A model generated the notes under the pieces. That model was not told where the DNA came from. It saw nothing but the letters and a program-made list of their open reading frames with translations, and searched no databases. Below are positions 20,394-29,479 of a stretch of 64,000 nucleotides of DNA, piece by piece (positions within the stretch are counted from its first letter, which is position 1; the number at the start of each line of letters is the position of its first letter). The DNA is from Ruegeria sp. Its GTDB lineage: Bacteria > Pseudomonadota > Alphaproteobacteria > Rhodobacterales > Rhodobacteraceae. Position numbers and translations under genes: made by a program. The DNA lies in contig JBFOLN010000028.1 of the NCBI GenBank assembly GCA_040829945.1, positions 5,195 through 69,194 on the forward strand. The letters are read 5' to 3'.

Positions 20394-20864
20394 ATGCGTA
20401 TCAGCATAATTGCGGTCGGGCGATTACGCGCCGGACCGGAGAAATCCCTGCTTGACGATTACCTGACCCGATTTGACCGGACCGGCCGCGCGCTGGGCCT
20501 TGGTCCTGCACGGGTGATCGAGGTCGAAGACAAGAAAAACGCCGGTATCGGAGCTGAGGCCGCTTTGCTGCGCAAAGCGCTGCCCAAAGGCGCGGTGATT
20601 TGCACGCTGGATGAGCGGGGGCGGGTGATGTCTTCGCCCGACTTTGCGCAGAAACTGGGCAATTGGCGCGATGCCGGGCGACAGGATCTGGCGCTGATCA
20701 TCGGCGGTTCAGACGGAATAGACCCTAAACTGCGGACAGAGGCCGATTTTTCCATCTCATTCGGATCAATGGTCTGGCCTCATATGCTGGTCCGTGTGAT
20801 GCTGGCCGAGCAACTTTATCGGGCCGCAACCATCCTGTCGGGCGGCCCCTATCATCGGGTCTGA
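20394..20864 (+). CDS. rlmH: 23S rRNA pseudouridine-1915 methyltransferase
   Basis: LDERG, IGG.DG, PH.LVRVML.EQLYRA, PYH; follows rsfS. Confidence 0.96.
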   Translation: MRISIIAVGRLRAGPEKSLLDDYLTRFDRTGRALGLGPARVIEVEDKKNAGIGAEAALLRKALPKGAVICTLDERGRVMSSPDFAQKLGNWRDAGRQDLALIIGGSDGIDPKLRTEADFSISFGSMVWPHMLVRVMLAEQLYRAATILSGGPYHRV

Positions 20865-20865
20865 C

Positions 20866-21351
20866 ATGGCGCAGCTTCTGATCGTTTTTCATTCGCGGAC
20901 AGGTGGAGCCCGGCAAATGGCTGAAGCTGCTGCTGAAGCGGCGCGGGCTGAGGCTGATACAGTTCTGAAATCAGCGGAACAAGCCGGGCCCCACGACTTG
21001 ATGAACGCGGATGGCTATATCTTCTGTGCACCAGAAAATCTGGCAGCGATTTCGGGTCTAATGAAAGAGTTTTTCGACCGCTGTTACTATCCAGTGCTTG
21101 GCCAGATCGAAGGGCGGCCCTATGCACAGATGATCTGCGCCGGATCAGACGGTGAAAACGCGGCTCGTCAAGTCGCGCGTATTGCCACAGGCTGGCGGCT
21201 GAAAGAAGTGCAGCAACCCTTAATCATCTGCACTCATGCGCAAACACCCGAGGCGATCCTGACCGATAAGATCATCCCACAGAATCAACTGGAAACCTGC
21301 CGCGAAATTGGTGCCGCACTGGCGGCTGGTCTCAGCCTGGGTGTGTTCTGA
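20866..21351 (+). CDS. Flavodoxin-like protein (WrbA-like FMN-binding)
   Basis: HSRTGG FMN loop, APEN....SG.MK.FFDR, AGSDG. Confidence 0.8.
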   Translation: MAQLLIVFHSRTGGARQMAEAAAEAARAEADTVLKSAEQAGPHDLMNADGYIFCAPENLAAISGLMKEFFDRCYYPVLGQIEGRPYAQMICAGSDGENAARQVARIATGWRLKEVQQPLIICTHAQTPEAILTDKIIPQNQLETCREIGAALAAGLSLGVF

Positions 21352-21354
21352 GCA

Positions 21355-21702
21355 TCAGTTCAGATCGACCACGGTCGTGTCTTCGCTCCAGCCGCCAACA
21401 CTGTCGCGCGCCTGAATTTGTACCTGTTCAGTTCCCTCCGGGATAACTACCCCACTCAGAGACCGGGTAAAGGGCTGCTCATCGACATGGGGGTGATGCA
21501 GCACGCGCATACCGAGTTCATTCCCCTCCATATCCAACACGCGCCATCCGTCGGCGTAGTCGTCCCAGCCGGTATCCGGGTGCCGGATCGTTACATCGAA
21601 TCGCCAGTTATCTCCATTGGAACTGACGCGGACCTGCTCGATCATCGCAGGGTCGGCAAAGGCGGGGCTGGCCAGAAGGGCGCTGAGAATCAGATATCGC
21701 AT
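21355..21702 (-). CDS. Small secreted hypothetical protein (His/Trp motifs, possible metal-binding)
   Basis: Signal peptide MRYLILSALLASPAFA; HPDTGW..YADGW, HPHVDEQPFTRS. Confidence 0.75.
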   Translation of the reverse strand: MRYLILSALLASPAFADPAMIEQVRVSSNGDNWRFDVTIRHPDTGWDDYADGWRVLDMEGNELGMRVLHHPHVDEQPFTRSLSGVVIPEGTEQVQIQARDSVGGWSEDTTVVDLN

Positions 21703-21737
21703 GTGGTGAAGGTACGGTTTGCGGCAAGGCATTGGGA

Positions 21738-22448
21738 TCACGTCTCTGTGTTTGGAGGCAGGGTCATAAGGACTGAACGAGAATGCGAGGCAAATTCGCG
21801 CCGATAAAGCACGCCGAAAGTGATTGCTGTGCTCAGGAGCAACGCAACAGGGCCGAGAATCCACCCCAGCGCTGCCAGTGCAAAATACGTCGCCCGCAGA
21901 GCTCGGTTGAAGCTGCGCGAGGCAGTGACACAAACCTCAGCTGCCTGCGCAGCGCGGGGATAGGCTTGGTGATCTTCGGGTTCGTTTGGGACCGCGGCCA
22001 TCAGAACGGCGCAATAACCAAACAGGCGATGCGCCCAGACGTACTTTAAGAAGGCATTGGCGAGAAACAGGATGACAATCAGTATCTTGATCTCCCAGAC
22101 TACGGCTGGTGCACTGCCGATTGCCAAATCACTGGCCACACCGGCAAGGCGTTCGGTATTGCCCAGCAAAGCCAATCCGCCGCCAATCGCGATCATCGTG
22201 GTCGAGGCAAAAAACGTGCTGCCTTGTCGCATCGCTCCCACGACCTGCGCGTCAAACATGCGCGGCTGGCGTGTCACCATCTCATGCATCCAGTCGCGGC
22301 GGAATTCGTCCATCATCATAGAGACCGATTTTTTGTTTGGTGACGGGTTTTCAATCCTCCAACCGATACCAAGCCAGGCCACCAGCAGCAGCGCAATGGC
22401 GGCATAGTCCAATGATGAAAACAGAAGCGCACGATCGATCCAGGTCAT
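21738..22448 (-). CDS. DUF599 family membrane protein
   Basis: R..WM..M..R..R.FD, FFAST, FNR.LRA.YF motifs. Confidence 0.8.
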   Translation of the reverse strand: MTWIDRALLFSSLDYAAIALLLVAWLGIGWRIENPSPNKKSVSMMMDEFRRDWMHEMVTRQPRMFDAQVVGAMRQGSTFFASTTMIAIGGGLALLGNTERLAGVASDLAIGSAPAVVWEIKILIVILFLANAFLKYVWAHRLFGYCAVLMAAVPNEPEDHQAYPRAAQAAEVCVTASRSFNRALRATYFALAALGWILGPVALLLSTAITFGVLYRREFASHSRSVLMTLPPNTET

Positions 22449-22494
22449 GGGCGCGACAGTACGTTCAGAATTGAGAACTTGCCAGATAATGAAA

Positions 22495-22515
22495 TTGGTA
22501 ATATTATTTTACCAA
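22495..22515. promoter_or_regulatory. Palindromic operator upstream of glcD (GntR/FadR-type)
   Basis: TTGGTAA-TATTATT-TTACCAA, perfect 7-7-7 inverted repeat. Confidence 0.65.
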
Positions 22516-22530
22516 ATTGGAGGATCAGCA

Positions 22531-23970
22531 ATGGAACTGCCGCAGCCAAATCCAAAGGTTCTGGCGCGAAAGCGCGCTTTGTTAACGCGGCTGCAACAGG
22601 TTTTGCCTGAGGACGCCGTTATTCACGACGAGGCAGAAACGCGTGTTTACGAATGCGATGCGCTGACCGCCTACAAGTGTCCACCCATGCTGGCAGTGTT
22701 GCCTTCCACTACACAGCAAGTCTCGGACGTTTTGCGCATTTGCCATGAAGAAGGCGTGCCGGTTGTGCCGCGTGGTGCAGGCACGTCACTGGCGGGCGGC
22801 GCTCTGCCTACAGCCGATTGTGTAATCTTGGGCGTTGCGCGGATGAACGAGGTGCTGGAGGTTGATTACGACAACCGGTTTATCAAGATCCAAACCGGTC
22901 GAACCAATCTGAGCGTAACCGGCGCGGTCGAGGAGGAGGATTTCTTCTACGCGCCCGATCCCTCTTCCCAGCTCGCCTGTGCGATCGCGGGGAACATCGC
23001 GATGAACTCAGGCGGGGCGCATTGTCTGAAGTATGGTGTGACGACCAACAACCTGATGGGCGTGACCATGGTCATGATGGATGGCAATGTCGTTGAAATC
23101 GGCGGTGCGTATCTGGATGCCGGTGGGTTGGATCTGCTGGGCGTCATTTGCGGCTCAGAAGGGCAGTTGGGCGTCGTCACCGAGGCGACCCTGCGCATAT
23201 TGCGCAAACCTGAAGGGGCCCGGCCCGTTTTGATGGGGTTTGATGACAATGAAGTGGCCGGTCAATGTGTCTCTGACATTATAAAATCGGGCATTTTACC
23301 GGTCGCAATCGAGTTCATGGACCGCCTGTGCATTCAGGCCTGCGAGAACTTTGCCCATGCCGGTTATCCCGATTGCGAGGCTCTGCTGATTGTTGAAGTC
23401 GAAGGATCGGAGGCCGAGATCGACGGCCAGTTGTCGAAGATCATCGAGATCGCCAAACGACACAATCCGGTAGAGTTGCGCGAAAGCCAATCGGCTGATG
23501 AAAGCGCGCGTATCTGGCTGGGGCGGAAATCGGCCTTTGGCGCGATGGGGCAGATCAACGACTACATGTGCCTTGATGGTACGATCCCAGTTTCATCCTT
23601 ACCGTTTGTCCTGCGCCGGATCAGCGAGTTGAGCGAAGATTACGGTTTGCCGGTCGGCAACGTGTTCCATGCCGGTGATGGCAACATGCACCCCTTGATC
23701 CTGTTCGATGCGAACAAGCCTGGCGATCTTGAGAAATGTGAAGCGTTCGGGGCAGAAATCCTAAAGCTCTGCGTGGATGCGGGCGGCTGCCTGACCGGAG
23801 AGCACGGGGTCGGTATCGAAAAACGAGACCTGATGAACCATCAATACGCGCCGCAGGATCTTGAGTCGCAAATGGCGGTGAAAGACGTGTTTGATCCGAG
23901 CTGGCTGCTGAATCCCGCCAAGGTGTTTCCGCTGAACGTCTCGGAAACACGGAGGATGGCGGCAGAGTAG
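22531..23970 (+). CDS. glcD: Glycolate oxidase FAD-linked subunit
   Basis: PRGAGTSL.GG, APDPSSQ, NSGGAHCLKYG, HAGDGNMHP, GEHGVG.EK. Confidence 0.95.
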   Translation: MELPQPNPKVLARKRALLTRLQQVLPEDAVIHDEAETRVYECDALTAYKCPPMLAVLPSTTQQVSDVLRICHEEGVPVVPRGAGTSLAGGALPTADCVILGVARMNEVLEVDYDNRFIKIQTGRTNLSVTGAVEEEDFFYAPDPSSQLACAIAGNIAMNSGGAHCLKYGVTTNNLMGVTMVMMDGNVVEIGGAYLDAGGLDLLGVICGSEGQLGVVTEATLRILRKPEGARPVLMGFDDNEVAGQCVSDIIKSGILPVAIEFMDRLCIQACENFAHAGYPDCEALLIVEVEGSEAEIDGQLSKIIEIAKRHNPVELRESQSADESARIWLGRKSAFGAMGQINDYMCLDGTIPVSSLPFVLRRISELSEDYGLPVGNVFHAGDGNMHPLILFDANKPGDLEKCEAFGAEILKLCVDAGGCLTGEHGVGIEKRDLMNHQYAPQDLESQMAVKDVFDPSWLLNPAKVFPLNVSETRRMAAE

Positions 23971-24019
23971 GGCAGTTTTCCTTCTCGTCCCTCAGATTTT
24001 TATGAAAAGATGAAGCTTT

Positions 24020-25114
24020 ATGAGACCAGAATCCGAGGCTGAACTTGTTGAAATCGTGGCCGGACTGAATGGCCCGGTGCGTATCGTCGGCGGTGGTACG
24101 CGTGGCGTAATTGGACCAGAGCCTGGACTGAGTGTTGCGGGACTGTCCGGTATTACTCTTTATGAACCCGGCGCGTTGACGCTGGTGGCACGCGCCGGAA
24201 CGCCTTTGACCGAGATCGATGCCGCGTTGGAAGCTGAAGGCCAGCAATTGGCATTTGAACCGATGGATCACCGCGGTTTGCTTGGCACAACAGGCGAACC
24301 GACGATTGGTGGGGTCACCGCTGCAAACATCTCAGGCCCTCGCAGAATTCAGGCTGGAGCGTGCCGGGATTTTCTGCTGGGCGTCCGTTACGTCGATGGG
24401 TGCGGACAGGTAATCAAGAATGGCGGACGGGTGATGAAGAATGTCACCGGTTACGATCTGGTGAAATTGATGGCCGGCTCATGGGGCACGCTGGGCGTCT
24501 TAACCGAGCTATCTCTCAAGGTTCTGCCGAAGCCTGAAGCCCAGATGACCCTCGCCGTAGAGGTCGCCAATGCACGAGCTGCAGTTGAGGTTATGTCGAC
24601 GGCGCTAAAGTCTCCCTACGAAGTGAGCGGGGCGGCATATGATCCGGCTAATGGGCAGGTCTTGTTGCGGATCGAAGGGTTTTCGGAATCGGTTGCCTAC
24701 AGGATTGATCGATTGCGTGAAATTCTCGGGGGCGAGAACATCGGGCTGGCAGATTCGGCCTCCCGATGGGCAGACTTGCGCGATGTACGTGCGTTCCATG
24801 ATCATGATGGGGATGTCTGGCGTCTGTCGGTCAAGCCGAGCGATGCCCCGGACATCGCCGCACAGATCAACGCGGACCGGATTCTGTTTGACTGGGGCGG
24901 CGGGTTGATCTGGGCATTGGTGCCAAGTGGCACAGATTTGCGCGCACGCCTGGGTGGTTTCCAGGGCCATGCAACGCTTGTGCGTGCAGATGTAGCAACG
25001 ATGGAAGACTTGGGTCGCTTCCAACCGGAGGACACCACAATTCAGTCTCTAACAAAGGGAATTCGGCAGAAATTTGACCCGCGGTGCGTGTTCAATCCAC
25101 GGCTCATGGGGTAG
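24020..25114 (+). CDS. glcE: Glycolate oxidase FAD-binding subunit
   Basis: YEPGAL, SGPRR, GGRVMKNVTGYDL, FDP...NP. Confidence 0.93.
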   Translation: MRPESEAELVEIVAGLNGPVRIVGGGTRGVIGPEPGLSVAGLSGITLYEPGALTLVARAGTPLTEIDAALEAEGQQLAFEPMDHRGLLGTTGEPTIGGVTAANISGPRRIQAGACRDFLLGVRYVDGCGQVIKNGGRVMKNVTGYDLVKLMAGSWGTLGVLTELSLKVLPKPEAQMTLAVEVANARAAVEVMSTALKSPYEVSGAAYDPANGQVLLRIEGFSESVAYRIDRLREILGGENIGLADSASRWADLRDVRAFHDHDGDVWRLSVKPSDAPDIAAQINADRILFDWGGGLIWALVPSGTDLRARLGGFQGHATLVRADVATMEDLGRFQPEDTTIQSLTKGIRQKFDPRCVFNPRLMG

Positions 25115-25117
25115 GCG

Positions 25118-26434
25118 ATGCAGACAACATTTACCGAGAAGCAGTTGCAGGACCCCGCAATACAGCGCTCCAATGAGATCTTACGTAACTGTGTCCATTG
25201 CGGATTCTGCACCGCAACCTGCCCAACCTATCAGGTGCTTGGCGATGAGTTGGACAGCCCGCGCGGGCGGATCTATCTCATCAAGGATATGCTGGAAAAC
25301 GAGAGAGTGCCGGACGCAAAGACCGTCAGACATATCGACCGATGCCTATCTTGTCTCGCATGCATGACCACTTGCCCGTCAGGCGTTCACTACATGCATC
25401 TGGTCGATCATGCTCGGGAATACATTGAGGCGAAGTACAAACGCCCGTTCTCTGATCGTGCGTTGCGTTGGGTGCTGGCCAGAATTCTGCCCTACCCGAT
25501 GCGTTTTCGCTGGGCGTTGATCGGGGCGAAACTGGGCCGCCCGTTCCGATTTCTTATGCCGGATGCCCGATTGAAGGCGATGTTGGACATGGCGCCGAGA
25601 CATATTCCGCCTGTCAGTCGCAACGATGACCCCCAGAGTTTCGCGCCGAAAGGTACACCGAAAAAGCGCGTGGCGTTGATGACGGGTTGTGCGCAAAAAG
25701 CTTTGAACACGGATATCAATGACGCCACGATTCGATTGCTGACCCGATTGGGGTGCGAGGTGGTGGTGGCCGAAGGGGCAGGTTGTTGTGGAGCCTTAAC
25801 CCATCACATGGGTAAAACGAGCGATAGCCATGCGTCCGCCGCGGCCAATATCAAAGCTTGGACGCGCGAAATGGATGGCGACGGCTTGGATGCAATCGTG
25901 ATCAATACGTCGGGCTGCGGTACCACGGTCAAGGATTATGGCCACATGTTTCGCAACGACGCATTGGCTGCGGAAGCCGCGCGGGTATCGTCACTGGCGA
26001 TGGATATCAGTGAGCTCTTGGTGCAACTGGAATTACCGGCAAACGATAATAAAAGTGAACTAAGTGTTGCCTATCATGCGGCCTGTTCTCTTCAGCATGG
26101 GCAAAAGGTTACTTCACATCCCAAGAACCTCTTGAAAGCTGCAGGTTTCACTGTGTTAGAGCCTGCTGATAGCCATTTGTGTTGCGGAAGCGCCGGTACC
26201 TATAACCTGATGCAGCCTGAGATATCGGCTCAACTGAAACAAAGAAAAGTGCGCACGCTTGAAGCCAGAAACCCCGATGTGATCGCAGCTGGAAATATTG
26301 GGTGTATGATGCAAATCGGTTCGGGCACCGACACGCCTGTCGTCCATACCGTCGAACTGCTGGATTGGGCGACCGGTGGGCCAGAGCCACGGACCTTGCG
26401 CGATGGAATGAGCGGCGTGCCGCGATTGCGTTAG
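25118..26434 (+). CDS. glcF: Glycolate oxidase iron-sulfur subunit
   Basis: CVHCGFCTATCP, CLSCLACMTTCP, two CCG domains. Confidence 0.96.
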   Translation: MQTTFTEKQLQDPAIQRSNEILRNCVHCGFCTATCPTYQVLGDELDSPRGRIYLIKDMLENERVPDAKTVRHIDRCLSCLACMTTCPSGVHYMHLVDHAREYIEAKYKRPFSDRALRWVLARILPYPMRFRWALIGAKLGRPFRFLMPDARLKAMLDMAPRHIPPVSRNDDPQSFAPKGTPKKRVALMTGCAQKALNTDINDATIRLLTRLGCEVVVAEGAGCCGALTHHMGKTSDSHASAAANIKAWTREMDGDGLDAIVINTSGCGTTVKDYGHMFRNDALAAEAARVSSLAMDISELLVQLELPANDNKSELSVAYHAACSLQHGQKVTSHPKNLLKAAGFTVLEPADSHLCCGSAGTYNLMQPEISAQLKQRKVRTLEARNPDVIAAGNIGCMMQIGSGTDTPVVHTVELLDWATGGPEPRTLRDGMSGVPRLR

Positions 26435-26551
26435 CGTTCTGCTGCATGCTTGCATCAGATCCGGCTTAATTTAGCCCGGATAGAAATCGCCCTATTTTCG
26501 CCGTACCCGCGGCCTAAGACTTTTGGTCGGACCCCACGAGCGGAGACCCGC

Positions 26552-27337
26552 GTGCGCAACTGGATCACGGCTATTGTTCTCAGCGTTCTGCCTTTGGCAG
26601 GGTTGGCGCAGGACACAGGGCTGAAACGCCTGGAAACCACCGATGCTGGTCGGGAGTGGATGGCGGTTGGCCGACTGGATATCGACGGAACCGGGTTTTG
26701 TACCGGCTCACTGATTTCCCCTACACTTGTTCTGACGGCGGCGCATTGCTTGTTTGATAAGACCACAAAGCAGCGGATTGATCCCGCTCGGATCGAGTTT
26801 TTGGCCGGATGGCGCCTTGGACATGCCTCGGCCTATCGGGCGGCGCGTCGAACGGTGGTGCATCCGGAATATGATTATGATGGCGGTGCCTCGGCAACGC
26901 GAGTACGCCATGACATTGCACTGATCGAACTTTGGCAACCGATCCGCAATACCTCGGTCATTCCCTTTGAAACTGGACGTCGCCCAGCACGGGGCGAAGA
27001 TGTAGGCGTTGTCTCATATGCCCATGACCGGGCCGAAGCACCGTCACTTCAAGAGGTCTGCTCGGTCATCGGGAGGCAAGCGGGCATATTAGTGATGTCC
27101 TGCAACGTGGATTTCGGAGCATCCGGCGCCCCGGTCTTTTCGTTTGAAGGTGCGCGACCCCGTATCGTTTCGGTCGTCGCGGCCAAGGCCGAAATGCAGG
27201 GTCAGCGTGTTGCACTGGGTACCGCGCTGGATCAATCGCTCGAGTTGTTGCAAGCCGAACTTTCGCAAGGGAGAGGCATGAATGCTTCTCTGGATAGCAA
27301 CACCAAGAACCTTGGAGCAAAATTCATAAAACCATGA
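26552..27337 (+). CDS. Secreted trypsin-like serine protease 1
   Basis: GTG start plus signal peptide; CTG.LI....VLTAAHC, DIAL, GASG. Confidence 0.88.
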   Translation: MRNWITAIVLSVLPLAGLAQDTGLKRLETTDAGREWMAVGRLDIDGTGFCTGSLISPTLVLTAAHCLFDKTTKQRIDPARIEFLAGWRLGHASAYRAARRTVVHPEYDYDGGASATRVRHDIALIELWQPIRNTSVIPFETGRRPARGEDVGVVSYAHDRAEAPSLQEVCSVIGRQAGILVMSCNVDFGASGAPVFSFEGARPRIVSVVAAKAEMQGQRVALGTALDQSLELLQAELSQGRGMNASLDSNTKNLGAKFIKP

Positions 27338-28152
27338 CCCGAATTTCTCTTTGCATTGTTTTACTCATTTCTGTTCTGGCAACTACATCGCAGGCCCAAA
27401 ACAGCGGCAAGCGCCGCCTGACAGATCGGGATGATCTGTATGGATGGGAAGCAGTCGGGCGTCTGGATATAGGTAGTCAGGGATTTTGCACGGGCACTTT
27501 GATTGCGCAGGACATGGTTCTGACAGCGGCGCATTGTGCGTTGGACAAGGCCACGGGCAAGCCCTACGCCCCAGGAGAATTGACTTTTCGCGCTGGGCTG
27601 AGTGACGGAGAAGCACTGGCAGATCGAAAAGTCATCCAGATTGCTGCACACCCGGATTTTGTCGCGAATGGACCTGTTTCTGCTCCGCGGGTTCGTGTTG
27701 ATGTGGCTCTAATGCGGCTGGAAGAGCCAATTCCCTATTCCATCGCCGATCCGTTTGCATTGTTCAGCGGGCGGGTTTCCGGCAACGAAATCAGCGTCGC
27801 ATCTTACGGTCGCGGACGGGCTGAAGCTATTACGCGTCAACGGTCTTGCCACATCCTGCAACGTGCGCAGGGGCTCATTAGTTTTAACTGTGATGTGACG
27901 TTTGGGTCATCAGGTTCGGCCATCCTGGCGAAAAAAGGGCCGCGCTGGCAGATATTATCGGTGGTCTCGGCCGTAGCTTCAGATGGTCGTCACAAGGTCG
28001 GTTATGGCATGGAACTCGCAGATATTGTATCTGAGTTGAAAGCCATCATGCGTCGTGATGCGCCCCGGCCAACTGCTACAATCCGCAGATTGCAACCGGG
28101 ATCGGCCAAGTCCAGTTCTGGTGCCAAATTCATCAGTTCGGGCGGGTCTTGA
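27334..28152 (+). CDS. Secreted trypsin-like serine protease 2 (paralog)
   Basis: Signal peptide; CTGTLI....VLTAAHC, DVAL, GSSG; ATGA overlap with protease 1. Confidence 0.88.
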   Translation: MTRISLCIVLLISVLATTSQAQNSGKRRLTDRDDLYGWEAVGRLDIGSQGFCTGTLIAQDMVLTAAHCALDKATGKPYAPGELTFRAGLSDGEALADRKVIQIAAHPDFVANGPVSAPRVRVDVALMRLEEPIPYSIADPFALFSGRVSGNEISVASYGRGRAEAITRQRSCHILQRAQGLISFNCDVTFGSSGSAILAKKGPRWQILSVVSAVASDGRHKVGYGMELADIVSELKAIMRRDAPRPTATIRRLQPGSAKSSSGAKFISSGGS

Positions 28153-28176
28153 ACCCGATCCTGCCACTTCCCATCT
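28148..28176 (+). promoter_or_regulatory. RpoH (sigma32)-type promoter of ibpA
   Basis: CTTGAA-N16-CCCATCT upstream of the sHSP gene. Confidence 0.7.
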
Positions 28177-28181
28177 GAGTA

Positions 28182-28278
28182 ATACCGGATCGCCACTGTC
28201 GGGGTTCGGAATACATCACTGCCCGTCCATACCGGAGGGCTAATTCGTAAATCGCTCAATGATGAGGATAACGACATG
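28182..28278 (+). promoter_or_regulatory. ROSE-like RNA thermometer in the ibpA 5' UTR
   Basis: Multi-hairpin UTR; the last hairpin has UCGCU (28252-28256) opposite the GAGGA SD (28264-28268), the U(U/C)GCU ROSE signature. Confidence 0.65.
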
Positions 28279-28743
28279 CGTACATTTGACTTTGCACCAC
28301 TTCACCGCGCCACCGTCGGTTTCGACCAGATCGCAGACATGATGGACCGGGTTCTGACAAACGATGTGTCTCAACCCAGCTACCCCCCTTACAACATCGA
28401 AAAAACCGATGCTGATACCTATCGTATTTCGGTTGCCGTTGCTGGTTTCTCCGAAGCCGATCTGTCGGTCGAGGTGAAAGAAAACTCGCTGGTCGTGGCT
28501 GGCAAGAAAGCCTCGGAAGACAAGGAGCGCAGCTACCTGCATCGTGGCATCGCAACCCGCGCGTTTGAGCGCCGCTTTGCACTGGCCGACCACGTTCGCG
28601 TAACTGGCGCAAGCCATGAAAACGGCATGCTGAACATCGATCTGAAGCGCGAGGTGCCCGAAGCACTGAAACCGCGACGGATTGAGATTTCTTCGGCAAG
28701 TGCCATCGAAAAGGATGTGGTTGACGCCAAAGCTGTGAACTAA
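28276..28743 (+). CDS. ibpA: Small heat-shock protein (Hsp20)
   Basis: DF.PL.R..VGFD, YPPYNIE, YLHRGIA.RAFERRF.L, NG.L.I.L, PR.IEI. Confidence 0.95.
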   Translation: MRTFDFAPLHRATVGFDQIADMMDRVLTNDVSQPSYPPYNIEKTDADTYRISVAVAGFSEADLSVEVKENSLVVAGKKASEDKERSYLHRGIATRAFERRFALADHVRVTGASHENGMLNIDLKREVPEALKPRRIEISSASAIEKDVVDAKAVN

Positions 28744-28794
28744 GGCTTTTGACCACTTTGCGATAATCTTTTCCTCTCTGGATTATCGCACTAC

Positions 28795-28824
28795 ACGCCC
28801 CGCGTTCCTCCAGGCGCGGGGCGA
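28795..28824. terminator. Hairpin(s) downstream of ibpA
   Basis: CGCCCCGCG-N10-CGCGGGGCG, preceded by a TGCGATAATC...GATTATCGCA hairpin. Confidence 0.5.
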
Positions 28825-28966
28825 AGTAGTTCTAGCAGCAGTTCGCAGATGGCGGGCCGCACATTTTCATTAATATCTGGCAATGATTTAGGTCGTCAGG
28901 CTAGTCTTCCCCGGAATACTTGGTTGATCATATTATGTTCATCGCTCTGAGAGGGAGACGAAACTG

Positions 28967-29398
28967 ATGCGAATGAAATCCGTTTTCGCTGCGACTGTAT
29001 GCACCGCTTTAGCATTGACCACACTGACCGCGACACCGGCCCGCGCCGACGATACCGGAGCGCTCATTGCTGGGGTTGCGCTGGGTGTACTGGGAGCTTC
29101 GATCGCCAAACACCATCACAAACACGGATCAAAATACCATAAGCACCCGCATGTTTCCCCGGAAGAAAACGCGATCGGTCTATGTATGCATCGAACCCAT
29201 GCTGCCATGAGCAATCAGGGTTACTATGCTGTCGATTTTGAGAGGACGCTTTCTTATACGACGAATTCTGATGGCATTGATCTTATTGATCTGGAAGTCG
29301 CGCGCTCGAAGGACAGCAATGATGCACGGAGCTACATCAAGGCGCATTGCGCAATCCAGGACGATGAGGTGGTTAACTTTCGATACTCAAACTACTGA
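28967..29398 (+). CDS. Secreted hypothetical protein with glycine zipper and His/Lys-rich linker
   Basis: Signal peptide ending PARA; GALIAGVALGVLGA; KHHHKHGSKYHKHPH; two Cys in the mature domain. Confidence 0.7.
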   Translation: MRMKSVFAATVCTALALTTLTATPARADDTGALIAGVALGVLGASIAKHHHKHGSKYHKHPHVSPEENAIGLCMHRTHAAMSNQGYYAVDFERTLSYTTNSDGIDLIDLEVARSKDSNDARSYIKAHCAIQDDEVVNFRYSNY

Positions 29399-29433
29399 GA
29401 TCGCTCGAGCACAGCTAGTATTAGGGCATCAAG

Positions 29434-29465
29434 AAGCCTCGCGCATCATTCGCGCGAGGCTTTTT
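29434..29465. terminator. Intrinsic terminator between convergent genes
   Basis: AAGCCTCGCGC-N6-CGCGCGAGGCTTTTT. Confidence 0.75.
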
Positions 29466-29479
29466 CATTTTGGTTATGC

